Below, one piece after another: positions 36,676 to 49,349 of a stretch of 64,000 nt of DNA. The translations under genes were made by a program, and so were the position numbers. The stretch is from the NCBI RefSeq assembly GCF_963676685.1, contig NC_092355.1, positions 38,874,001 to 38,938,000 on the forward strand, in the 5' to 3' direction. This DNA comes from Mytilus edulis (Eukaryota). The notes beneath the pieces were generated by a model, which saw only the letters and a list, made by a program, of their open reading frames with translations, had not been told where the DNA came from and ran no database searches. How positions within the stretch are numbered: the stretch's first letter is position 1; every line of letters begins with the position of its first letter.

Positions 36676-38585
36676 AGCAAAGCATACATTTTTGAATGTA
36701 CATATATTGAAATGACCCCTAGTCCGTTAGATTCTGTAATGGTACATTTAAAAGATGTTTAACTGCTGGTTCAGTTGCATCATATGTATATTATGTTATA
36801 TGTATATGAATTTTATAATTAAAGATTACAAAATATTGAGCAAAATTTGTTTATATTATTCAACACAACACTTAGTCTAGTTATATTTACTTTAGAGAAT
36901 TACATGTACAATCTTAGAACGTTATTCTACTTTTCAGTATCTATAAAATATATAAAATGTAGGTGTACAAATGTGGTATTTTTAAGTCATCTTCTGACTA
37001 AGACGTTCGGTTGCCATAGTGGCATGTAATAATTTGCAACTTGTTAGAATGAAGACCGTTAAATCCGATGTTTCTTTAAGAGTGTCAAACTGTCTGCACT
37101 TTGAGAACCCTTGCTCCAATTATTTGAGCGATTCAAAGGTTATGTGATGAACTCGGCTCAACTTCTGTTTCTAGCTAATAGAACCTGCTAATAGACCATA
37201 ATTTTCCAGTGGCAGTTCAAAATTCCCGTCTTTCATCCGAGTCAAGCCCATAACAGGACTTACCCTTTCTATTTATTGTTTATTTGTTCTCGTTCTGAAC
37301 ATGCATGAAATACTTGCCACTTGAGGAAGTAATCAATCAATATCTGTAGTTTGTTAACTCGATAACGTCGTATATATTTGAAATAATCTCCTTGAAAAAC
37401 TGTGACACAATTAAAAACCATAAAAAGTATAGAATTACATAAAATATGGATCAAAACAAATACACACGAGCAGGATTACAGAATCTAAATTGGTAAATAA
37501 GACCTTTTTTTAACATAATCAAACTCCTAAATATCATTGCGAAATTGATTGATCTTAATGGACGTGAAAACACATATAGTTTTTAAGACCATACAGCAAT
37601 GCTAAAAATGCTGACATATTGTTAAGGATGAAATTAATATAGAATTTAAATGGGGAATGTGTCAAAGAGACAAAACCATAAAACAGCCAAAGGCCTTCAA
37701 TGGGTCTTCAACGGATCGAACGAGGAAATCCCGCATCCGCAATCATGCCTCCCCTAAACAATGATGTATACTGTTTCATCGAAATGGACGCCACACTTAT
37801 CTCCAAACATTCAAATGACATAAACGATCCCCAAAACACACAAGACTAACTAAGGTTAGAGGTTCCTGACTTTGGAAAGGAGTGACAATTCGTCGGGTTA
37901 AGGAATTTATCATACAAACATTAATTAACAGTCTTGCAGGAGATGAATTGGTGTACGAGCTTTCAAAATAAGTTTAATTGTTTTTGTTGTTGTTGTTGTT
38001 GTGCTTATTGTTAATTTAATGAGTAAAGCCATTTTGCAACAGTTCTTATGATTTGCCGTAACCCTATTGTCCAAGGTTAAAGGAAAGTTTAGCTTTCGCA
38101 TAATGTTTATCCTCGCCACTTTCGATATTTGCCTTTATTAGGTCACGAGCCTGTAATTTGGCGGTTATTGTTGGTTTGCTGTATGTATTACTATTTTTCT
38201 TTTATAATCCTGTTACACATCTGGTCGTTTTCATTTGAAATATTTTATATTTTCATATTTGGGCATTTATAGTTGACTATGCCGTATGGGTTTTCTTATT
38301 GTTAAAGGCTGATCGATGACCTAAAACTGCTTGAATTCAGCTCAATTGGACATTTGAATATGACAGTTGTTGTCCATTCGTTTTTGATGTGTTTTTTGTC
38401 ATGGGATTATGGACTTTCCAATTTGATTTTCCTCTGAGTTCAATATTTTTGTGATTTTACTTTTTTTTTGCACATGGATATGGATAGTTTATCGGCAAAC
38501 ATACCAAATATCTTTGATATGGTTGCCGATAAACTATAAATATAAAGATTTATATTTTCTCTTGGTTATAATTTGACCAAAATAT

Positions 38586-39058
38586 ATCAAATCAAATCAA
38601 ATATTTTATTGTCATATAAACTTTACAGTTTGTGATCAACACATATTAACACAATAAACACAATAAACATATATACATACATATCAAACATACACAATAA
38701 CAACAGCATCAAAATTTATAACAACAAACAAGCTGTTAAGAGTCCCCTGCCCTCAGTTCTGATGACTTTTTCAAGAAAGATCCTAATTAATTTGTTTGTA
38801 AAGGCGATGATGGATTTAATAAATAATGCATTTTTCTTCTTCATTTAAATTATTAAAGTTATTATTTTCAGTACATATGCGATGAAAAAAGTCAGTTCTT
38901 AGACTTTTATTATACTCACAATAGAGTAAAAAAAGGTTTCTCATCCTCTAGTATTTTACATTATGGCAAAGTCGTTTCTCTCTTTGGACTTTAAAATATC
39001 TCCCCTTTTCAATCAAGAGGGAGTGATCACTTATTCTAAATTTAGTGTATACACCGTG
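38586..39058 (-). mobile_element. 5'-truncated LINE (ORF2 C-terminal CCHC region, RTE-X-like) inserted just 3' of TRIM copy A
   Basis: Minus strand reads YTKFRISDHSLLIEKGRYFKVQREKRLCH/CKILEDEK.. (frameshifted) and ends in a (TTTGA)n tail. Absent at the homologous position in units B and C. Confidence 0.75.
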
Positions 39059-39226
39059 TTTTGTAAATACGCCAAATTATTATTGATAAAGAGGCTAAAC
39101 TCCTGCATATTTCTTGCATTTCAAGTTAAATTATAAATGATTAAATATATGGTATTTGATTACGCAATTCAGCTACTTCAAATAGTTTGATCTCTGCACA
39201 GTTAGCCTATTTAAACTTTAAAAAGT

Positions 39227-40987
39227 TCATTTAATGTTATACAAAAAGGCTTTTCCACTCAAGCTGTTAACGAGTAGTAAATTTTTCACCTTGTCAAAAT
39301 ATATACCACGGAGGTTACGAGCTCTATTTACTTCTAACAATTGACGGACGTGCTTCCCATCTTGTGAAAGTACAACGACATTGTTATTCTCATGGGATAA
39401 CAAATACACATTGGAATCGTTGTCAATTGTTACTCCCATGATCGATTTCAAAATTGATTCGTCTTTGTATTCCCAAACCTTCTGTCCAGTGATTGTGTAG
39501 CATGTAACGGTACTTGATGCATTGCTTGTATGGTATATCTTATCGTTAGATGCTGTAACATAGTGCAAGTAATGCCTGCGGTCGACTTTAAATACCTTGC
39601 CTTCTGGTGTTGTAACATAAATCAAGTGACTTGTGCCACCAATCGCAACTACTGTGGTGGCAGTACTTTCATCAGAAATGTCTGCTGTTTGAATACCTCT
39701 TCCAAATTCATAATATATTAATCTTCCTTTTTTATGTGTAATACCATAGCACATATAAGATGTTTTTATCCTTTTAATAATCTTTTTAATTTCAATGTTG
39801 ACTATTTCTATATGATAAGGCTCTGCATTATACATGTTATACGTGGCAGCGACCGATATTTCATCAATACATGTAACATTTATAGGACTACGTGATACAG
39901 GTATTTCATAAACAAATAATCCATTTTCGTTGTGGATTATTAGACGATCACTGCCTTGATCTACGAATACCATTTTGCCAGTTGGCATAATAGTGCAGCC
40001 AGTGATTGCGAATGACTTCCCCCCTTTCTATATTTTAAATCGTTTTGATAAGGTAAGACTGATGTCATTGATTGTTTTCGATATCTCTGGTACCATTTGT
40101 TGAGCTTGTTTTTCTCTTTCCGTTGTCATGTTGATGGTAGGCGGGTCGAATTTAACAGATATCTCTCCCATTGTTTTCATGGAAAGTATGCCAGAAATTT
40201 TGTCGTCAATTCTCCATATTAGGTTTATTTGTTGTATGCCACCATCTTCTTTTAAAGACTGCATAAACTTCTCTTCCTTTTGGATTTCGGCCTCAAAGAT
40301 TTTACCTCCGAAAAATGTCTGAAGGTCAGTTCCAAAACTTTTCGTCGAAGAAATATCATTCTGTATCCTATCTATTGTTTTCCCATGGTCTGAGAGTTTT
40401 GAAAGAAGTCTCTTTATTTGTGATTTGACTTTATGCTCCGCAGCTCGGATATCCTGTTGTATATCTTGTTCAAGTTTATCTAGATGTTTGTTGAATTTAG
40501 AACGAATCGTTTTTATGTCTGCCTTAAATTGATGTCGCTGATGTTGTATTATCTCCAGATTCTGCTTCCGGTCTTCCATAATTTTTTCCATGTTGCTCTT
40601 CATATCTATTAAACTTTGTTCCATAATGTAAAAAAACGCGGAAGTCTTCGACGTTTTGACAATTTCATCAAGCGCTAATAAGTCACATTTCTTATGATTT
40701 GTAGTAATGCAAAGTGGACAACAAAGTTTTTCATGTTCAGCACAGTAATGGTGATATTTTTTCTCATGGTCTGAGCAGTATTGGTTTATACTAGCTATTG
40801 AGGGCGGTATTTGTTTATAATCATTCACTGAAGTAACTTTATGATTTCTTGTGCCCTTTGAAGCTTGGTGGTGTTTTTCACATAATGCACATAGCCCTTC
40901 ATCGCATTCAGGACACCAAAAGGCGGCCTCTATCACCACGTGCTGGGTTTCACATACACCACAACATGTTCCACTGGTTGAAGCCAT
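39227..40987 (-). pseudogene. RING-less TRIM-like gene copy A (B-box1, B-box2, coiled coil, NHL-like propeller) with one in-frame TAG at 40030-40028
   Basis: ORFs 40028-40987 and 39227-39988 are in the same frame. The homologous codon is TCG in copies B and C and TAG here. The rest of the frame is intact (586 codons). Could be a truncated, readthrough or null allele rather than a true pseudogene. Confidence 0.75.
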
Positions 40988-42938
40988 TCTAAAACAAATT
41001 TCAATAGATAAATATACAGTGTCTGCTTCACAAATACATTTTTAGTAGTTTATTTGTCTTAGTACTTTCATGTTGCTTTTTGTTATGTGCTTTTGGGATT
41101 GACATGGTGTTTGTGCATCCGATGTTGGGGTTGGGGGTCCTGTGTACTATTCAGACGCGAGAGATTTTTGTGTGGTGTTGCCCTTGTGATTATATTTCAA
41201 TTGGTTTCTGTTTTGCGGAGAAATTTGTATGTCCTCTAACTACAGAAGCTTTTTTGTCGGCGTCCTTGTCAAATTTACTATCTGCTGCAAAAACTTTTCG
41301 TTATACTGTAAAAATCCTTATCCTAGGCCAATAAGTCCTCTCAGGGATAAAACGATTGGTTGGCCAATTTTCTGAAAATTCAGTAGAGATATTCTTAACC
41401 TTTTGGTAACTTGTAACTAAGAGTTTTACTCTTATTGCTTTCTATTTGAAACAATAGAGTAAAATTTTAAATGTACAGACCTTATCTGAATATTACTGAT
41501 TAAATTAAGCTAGTTTAAATTGGAAAAAAAATGTAAAGCCCATGAACAAAGGATGGTGATGTTGCAAAGCACATATTTTTATTTCATATCTCACATCTCA
41601 AAAAATATTTACGACGACGACAGACACCAAGTGATGGCAAAAGTGAGAATGTAAGTTCAGTTGCGGATCCAGAAGTTTGCATATAGGGTGGGCACTGACT
41701 ACCTTTACATGTAAGAGGGGGGCCGCTCAAGTCATGTCTTAATGATTACATATAATCAACCACATTTTCCCACGAAAGAGACACGGGCACCATGGATCCC
41801 ATCTAAACCCGCCTTTGAAATTAAATGAGCGGATAGAAAGAGAAATAAAATGAATATATATCTTTTATACATTTACTAGTTCCATCTTTAATTTTTTCCC
41901 CTGGATCACAGGTTTTTTTTCTGCTCATAGGAGTAAACACCATCAGCACAGTAGTATTTTCGAAACGTTTGTTATTAACATTAAATTCGTGTCTTATGAT
42001 TAACCATAATAAACAATAGAGGAAGTCCCCCTTTTATTTTCTTGAACTAAATATAACTAATCATATACCCAAATATAATTCATGAATAATACCTTTAAAT
42101 ATGCAAACCAATCTCAAGCAGATTAATAAGTGGGTATCATGGTGTTTCCATAGAAGGTCATAACAATGAATTCGAAAAATACTTTTGGTTGGCGATTCCC
42201 CAAAAACATATCTTTTGCCAAATCATCAAATAATATTAGTAATTTTACCTTCAAATGAGTATTTCATCATAGCAAATCACTATCATAAGGTACAGGGTCA
42301 CTAAATCAACAAAACTGTATCAAGTCCACAAATACGTAATGCATGTAATATACTTTCCATCAAAATAAACGCAGCACATGTACCAAACTTGACTGCTGCT
42401 TTCTTTCTCTAAATATGGTATATTCCAGCTGTCAAACGAAGACTGGTATCACAAATAAAAGTAAGAGACTCGACAATTACAAACACTTAAATAATATATA
42501 ACAAAAGTTATAAATGGTCAGTTAGCAAAAGAATTGTATCCTTAATCAGTAGCAGTCGTGTTTAATATTATATTTTTTTCTTTATTTTCAGAATTTGACT
42601 GTTTTGAAACTGTTATAGACTTGAAATGATTTGTAAATTATAAGGACAACTTTCTGTTGTTGAAAAAGAAGATGAAGACCTGGTTTTTCGCAGTCGTGTT
42701 TAATAATATTTTTTTTCTTTATTTTCAGAATTCTGTATTGATACATGTAGCACCTATTTGACTGTTTTGAAACTGTTATAGACTTGAAATGATTTGTAAA
42801 TTATAAGGACAACTGTCTATTATTGACAAAGAAGATGAAGAATGGGGTTTTTGCTCTAGTTGTCCTTTGGTTATTCTGTCAGGGGTTGCAGTTTGTTGCC
42901 AAGCATGATAATATATTTAATTATAGTTCTGTCCCTGA

Positions 42939-42946
42939 TGACGTCA
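42939..42946. promoter_or_regulatory. CRE palindrome in a block conserved upstream of the TRIM copies (also 52474-52481; TGACATCA at 61281-61288)
   Basis: TGACGTCA in homologous promoter-side sequence upstream of a putative 5' UTR exon (minus-strand donors ~42248 and ~51899). Confidence 0.3.
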
Positions 42947-43172
42947 TTAATTAAAATCTTTATTTGCCGTAGCGAAATATGATATTTTGTTGTACGCTAA
43001 CTTCTGCTACCGTTCTGCAGAAAATATGCTGTTGCCCTACGGTAATGTTATGGTCTTCCTTAAAATTCAAAGTGTTCTTTTAAATATCAATTCCAAACTT
43101 TCTGAAGATACAAAGATTTTGACGTCAAAAACTTCATATATACAAACGTTACAAGGATAATCTATACCTATA

Positions 43173-43754
43173 GAGTGAGTGACCCATATTCGCCGCATAA
43201 TTAGTTCATTTCCACTTACATCGGACATACATTCGAATATTTAGAACTTTTTATATAGGTTTCAGAAATTTGACTATATGGAAAAAAAATTTATAGAGAA
43301 ATTCACTTCAAAACATTGGATAATTATGTTAAAAATGAACGCAAACTCAAGAGGAAATCAAGTTGTTCGTTTACCATGGGGAATACATTTTCGCCGCAAT
43401 GTATGATATGACCATCCACATTATCTTGGTATATTATAAAAACGAATGTTTGTGATTACACGAATTAGCGTGAGAGATCATTTCTTTACGATTTTTCTCA
43501 CAAATACTTACATTTAGACTGCGCATGATTTTCATCTAACATCAAAGCCAAAAGTTGTTTGAAAATACCTGCATATTTCTTTATATGTGCGAATAACCAT
43601 TAAAATGGGGTAAAGAGGAATATCCAAAAGGTTCGACAATTTCAAACAGCCTTTACCATCTATTAGTCAAGTACTGGGTACCGGCACAAATATTTTACAG
43701 AAAAAATAGTAAAACGGCGGAAAAGTGTCCACGGCGAATATTGGCCCTCCACTC
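43173..43754. mobile_element. Tc1/mariner-type MITE with TA TSD, specific to unit A
   Basis: TA|GAGTGAGTGACCCATATTCGCCG...CGGCGAATATTGGCCCTCCACTC|TA; empty site CTATATGGT in unit B (~53249). Confidence 0.8.
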
Positions 43755-43789
43755 TATGGTTTTATTTTTTATTGTTTGGATACTGTACT

Positions 43790-44220
43790 CGTCGAAGTTA
43801 TGTCTTCCCGCTATTTTGACACCATTTTAGTCCCACACCCCATTAGTCCGAGACCCAATTGGTTTGACATTCCATTACTCTGACATCCTAATAGAATGAC
43901 ACCCCACACGTCCGACATTCATGCAGTTTTATTTTGTGCTATTTGGATACTGTCCCAAAGAAGTGGGGTCGCCCCGATATTCTGAAACCCCTTTAGTTTG
44001 AAACCCCATTGTTTCGGGAAGCCGTGTGTCCAACAATTCAATAGTCCGACATGCCATAAGTCCGACACCACATAATTCTAACACCCCATTGGTTCGACAT
44101 CCATTTTGTCCGATATCCCAATAGTCTGACAACCCATGCATATGTCCGTAACCCAATAGTTCGACACCCTATTTGCCCGACAACCCAATAATCCGACATC
44201 CCATAAATCCGACACAATTT
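43790..44220. repeat. Degenerate 16-bp minisatellite (CCCAATAGTCCGACAC); paralogues 53280-53712 and 61370-61812
   Basis: Clear 16-nt period; explains the spurious ORFs at 43929, 53425, 53489, 61587, 61607. Confidence 0.85.
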
Positions 44221-46172
44221 GAAATTAAAAATCTGATTCAGAGATTAAATTAGCGTGGTATATCGAATTATTGAACTAGTGTCTACTTAGTTTAAAGAAA
44301 AGGAGAAGACAGCACATCCCATCTGCTATGACGTGTGTAAGAAATGCCATGATACTTTAGATATAAGGTTGTTAAACTAGCTCATACATTTAATCACCAA
44401 TTTTCTACATGAGAAAAGGCCTGTATAAAGTCCGGAATATGACAGTTGTTATCCATTCGTTTTATGTGCTTGACCTTTCGATTTTGCCATTTAATTAGGT
44501 TTTGAATTTTCCTTGGAGTTCAATATTTTTGTGATTTACATTTTTAAAGTGTGATCTTGTTTTTCATAAAAATACTCCGCTAAAAAAGTAATATGATTGA
44601 TAGTTTGTTTAACGTACAGTGACCAATATTTCATTCATATTGAGAAAAACAATCAACTAACAAGTATGCAATAGATAGGTCCTTTCAAACGAAATAGACC
44701 AGGGGATGAAAGTTGGAAAATCTGGACTGCCACTGACAAATGAGGGTTTATTGGAGAGGACAGAAAGAGCAAGAATTCTAAACGTTCAGAGACTGGGATC
44801 GTGACACTCTCTTTTCAAACAGTAGCGACTTAAACGTCTGATCGGACGTGGCTACGTATTTATTCATCATACACATTAAAACGGACGCCCATTTCGGCAA
44901 GGGTTTTACTGTCGAAAAAGACCAAACGTGTACATAATTTTATCTCTAAATTACCCTTCAGGTGATAAACAGTCTATCGTCGTAAAAACATTCAGACCGC
45001 ATTATACTCTCCGAAACAGTCAACACTGAAAAGCCTATATATCTAAAATGAAAGAAACTTATTTTTATCCATTTTTGTAAATTTATTATGACTGTATCTG
45101 CACTGTTCTTAATTTAAAAATCGAAAACTTAAAAAGAAAATAAATTCGAAATATCCATATTAAAGTTGTATAAACGATATCCTGATCATTTGGATTTTAA
45201 GTGAAAACTTAAAGGATTGTTAGAACTAATGATAACGTATTAGAGCATTTGCCGTCAGAATTGTTTTGAAGTGAAAATCACCTATAATAATTATACGTTT
45301 GTTAAATACATATAAAATATTAAGCATGTAAGAATAGCTGGCAGTGTTCTCTGAACGTAGTGATTTCGTGTTTTTTAAATTTAGAAAAATATTCATTGAA
45401 ATAAAAACAAAATAAAATTTATTGTTATTTTGTTCTCGCCAGCTTAGCAAATAATTGAGTATCGGTCATTGAACACATAAGCAAACACAACGTGTGATTA
45501 TAGCTTATAACACACGACCTGAACATGCTGAACAATAAAACAGAAATAAAATGAAATGGTACGCGTACAGAAATGTCATAAACACCATACATGTACTTTT
45601 AATACATTTTGCTGCTAAAAACTGGCACATTATTCTCCGAGTCGACAAATCTTTGCTCTTGCTTCTAAATGTCGTTTGCATTGCAAAGATGCAAAGACAT
45701 GAAAGAAAAAAGTATTTTCATTGATGAGAAAGTTATAGATATAGGGAGATGTGGTATGAGTGCCAATGAGACAACTCTCCATCCAAGTCACAACTTATCC
45801 AAGTAAACCATTATAGGTCAAGGTACGGTCTTCAACACGGAGTCTAGGCTCACATCGAACAGCAAGATATAAAGGGCTAAAAAAAAAAAGTGTAAAACCA
45901 TTTCAACGGGAAAACCAACGATCTAATCTACATAAAAAACGAGAAACACTTATGATCCACATAAACAATCAATAACAACTGAACATCAGATTCCTAACTT
46001 AGTACAGGTGCAAACAATTGCAGCGTGATTAAACGTTTTGATGTATGCTTTCAGAACCTTTTTTTTATCTTTTGGTGTATATTTGTTTTGGCACAATTGT
46101 TTTTCTAATTTTGGTTCCTTGATGATCTTCAACTTTGTACTTGTTTGGCTTTTTACCTTTTTTTTTATCTGA

Positions 46173-46216
46173 GCGTCACTGATGAGTCTTATGTAGACGA
46201 AACGCGCGTCTGGCGT
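46173..46216 (+). ncRNA. Minimal type I hammerhead ribozyme (Penelope/retrozyme-type)
   Basis: Stem I GCGUCA/UGGCGU; core CUGAUGA; stem II GUCU-UAUGU-AGAC; GAAA; palindromic stem III ACGCGCGU; cleavage triplet GUC (after 46210). Confidence 0.85.
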
Positions 46217-46889
46217 ATTAAAGTATAAGCCTGGTACCTTTGATAGTTAATTATATAATTTGAGATGTGGGTATATCGCCATAAGAAATGTATGTCTTTT
46301 GATTATTACTAATGCATAACCTTTGATTTTTACATTGTGTAATTTCATTAATGTTGTGCCAAGTAAGTGATCGGGCCATTCTGTAGAATTATTAATATAC
46401 GTGGCAAGAAAGTCAGTCCAGACCTGAATTCGAAATTTTCGATTTTTTTGGCATTGTGCATATTAATATAACGTTGAAATATGAATATACTTTTGTTTCT
46501 TTATTCAGAATATTTAATAATCTTTGCTTGACCTCAATTGATTATCTTATTAGTTTTTTTACCCCAATATAATTAAGATTCTCTGATCAATAGTATATAA
46601 CCCTAACCAAAGTTAGGCATCCGTTTGACTGTGACTGATGTTTAAATTCGAGGCACGTCCGGTCAAAATCCGATGCATGGTGTTAAAATAGTGCCACACT
46701 CTTTGCACATTAAAACGTAAACAAAAAGTATAATAGAAGTTATTGGGTGACCTGTAGTAATGCTAGATTTCTTTTTCGATCTAATATATTCTCATTTTCC
46801 AATGGCATTAAATATTTTCTAACCTTTATAAGTTCATACTAGTCACCCTATGATAAAGGTATAATGGTCTATTGTTGCTATTGTTAATC

Positions 46890-47220
46890 AGTTCTCATCC
46901 TGAACATCCATGAAATATTTGTTAATGGACAAAAAGCAAAAATTGCCACTTTTTGAAAAGCAAACAATTATTTATCATTCTAAACATTATAAAATATTTG
47001 CCACTGGACGAAATGCAAACAATTATTTCTTATTCTGTCTACTTAGGAAATATTTGCCACTGGACGAAAAGCAAACAATTGGTTCTCATCATGAACATTA
47101 TGAAATATTTGCCATTGGACGAAACACTATTACAGAATTGGTCTTACTCTTTTCTTTTTATCGTTAATCGTTTATCTCGTCCTGAACATACATGAACTAT
47201 CTGCCACTGAACTTGAAGCA
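46890..47220. repeat. ~51-52-bp tandem repeat (TCTCATCCTGAACAT..GAAATATTTGCCACTGGACGAAAAGCAAACAATT), ~6 copies
   Basis: Visible periodicity; monomers dispersed across the window. Confidence 0.8.
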
Positions 47221-48109
47221 ATCAATTAATCAACCTCCATAGTTTGTTAACTCGATAACGTCGTATATTTAAAATATACTCCTTAAAATAATAATGACTT
47301 ATATGTTATGTAAAGAGGCACAATTAAAAGCCATCAAAAGGATAGAGTTACATGAAATATGGATAACTTTATACACACATAAAGGTTACAGACATCTAAA
47401 TTGGTAAATAATACTTTTTTTTAACATAATCATACTCCTAAATATGATCGCGAGATTGAGTGATCTGAATGGGTGTGAAAACAAATATTGTCTTTAAGAT
47501 ACACGTTTGACCCTATAGCAATGCTAAAGAAGCTGACCAATTGTTAAGAACGAAATTATTAGAACATTTAAACGTGGAATGTGTCAAAGAGACAAAAAAC
47601 AAACAAAGAGCAGAAAACAGCCCAAGACCTTCAATGGGTCTTCAACGGAGCGAGAAAATAACGCATCTGCAATCGGGCCTCCCCTAAACAATGATGTATA
47701 CTGTTTCATCGAAATGGACGCCACAGCGACTGAGCTAACTCCAAAACACACAATAGACCTAAACGATCACCAAAACACACAAGACTAACAGTCTAGAGAT
47801 TCCTGACTTTGGATAGGAGTGACAATTCAACGGGGCTAAGGAATTTATTATACAAACATTAATTAACGGTCTTGTAGGAGATGAATTAGTGTACAAACTT
47901 TCAAAAATCGGTTTGATTGTTATTTTGTTGTGCTTATTGTTGATCAAATGAGCGAAGCCATTTTGCAATGGTTTTTATGTTTTGCTGTAACTCTACTGTC
48001 CCAGGTCAAAGAGAAAGTTGAGTTTTCACAAAAAAATTATCCTCGTCACATTCGATATTTGCCTTTATTAGATACCACTAACCTGTTATGTAGCGGTTAT
48101 TGTTGGTTT

Positions 48110-48273
48110 NNNNNNNNNNNNNNNNNNNNNNNNNNNNNNNNNNNNNNNNNNNNNNNNNNNNNNNNNNNNNNNNNNNNNNNNNNNNNNNNNNNNNNNNNNN
48201 NNNNNNNNNNNNNNNNNNNNNNNNNNNNNNNNNNNNNNNNNNNNNNNNNNNNNNNNNNNNNNNNNNNNNNNNN
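48110..48273. other. Assembly gap (164 N)
   Basis: Run of N. Confidence 1.
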
Positions 48274-49349
48274 TGGTTTTTTCATGAGAATTGTTTCACA
48301 GTTTTATACAGGAGCTTTTTATAACTGACTATGCGGTAGGGGTTTTGCTTAATGTTAAATGCTGTACGGTGACCTAAAACTGCTTAAATCCACTTCATTT
48401 GGACATCCACTTGGATAGTTCATTGGCAACCATATCAAATATATCTATTTTATATTTTCTCTTGGTTATAACTTGAATGTACAATAAAAATTGCAAATAC
48501 ACTCATAATTATCGATAAAGAGGCATAACTCCTGAATAATTCTTGTATTTCATAACTAAATTCATCAAAGTACTGAAGTACTGAACATTGGCAAGACATT
48601 TTAGATGGTCCGACAAGCACTTACTTCAGAACAAAATCACATCTCTATACCTAAAACGGAGGTTAATGTACGATATAATTTGTTTCTTGAACAATTTCGT
48701 GCATGGATGATAAAGTAATGACTTATAGCGTAGTGATACCAATCAGTTTATTGTTATATACTATATTACTACTTGTATATTACAGCTACATGTATATCTA
48801 ATTTTCATGCATTTCTATATCTTTCTATTATACTATATCAATTATAGTGCAGTGCAAGTGCATGGTGGACACGTCACCCTTCTGTAATAATTCGATTTTT
48901 TCTAATAAATGGATTTGAGTCGGCAGTCGTATTTTCCCGCAAAACATTTTTCAATAATTCATGCATAGTTAACGTTCTTTGGGATTGCAAAAGTTCTTGA
49001 GATATTCTTGCGCATGCATGTGAATAGATATTAATGATATTTTTACTTAAATGTATATTCATATAACAAAACATTTTAAAATTATTAATTCATCTTTAAG
49101 TATTCATTGTAGAAATTAATTTATAACAAGCGATAAGGAATGTTATTTTGCACTTGATGTGTTCATCATGTTAATAGATCGGTTAAAAACCCAAAACGAA
49201 TATTACGTAATGAAAATCTAGGCGAAATCAATACATCGGAATGCCCTCACGGTCATTCGCTGTAAAAATGATAAAATAAGTGATACTTGATTATGCAATT
49301 CAGCTTCTTCAATTAGCTGCAGTTTTAGCTTATATAAACTGAAAAACAA

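Noticed and set aside
40028-40040. Selenocysteine, pyrrolysine or programmed readthrough at the TRIM-A stop
   Set aside because: The codon is UAG (not UGA), the paralogues have Ser, and neither a CAR-YYA/CUAG context nor an obvious downstream hairpin is present.
43929-44156. Conserved 75-aa ORF repeated at 53425-53652
   Set aside because: Lies in the 16-bp minisatellite of a recent duplication; not maintained in unit C.
46890-47220. Repeat-spacer-like look of the 52-bp arrays (CRISPR?)
   Set aside because: Whole units are homologous with no unique spacers; no cas genes; eukaryotic context.
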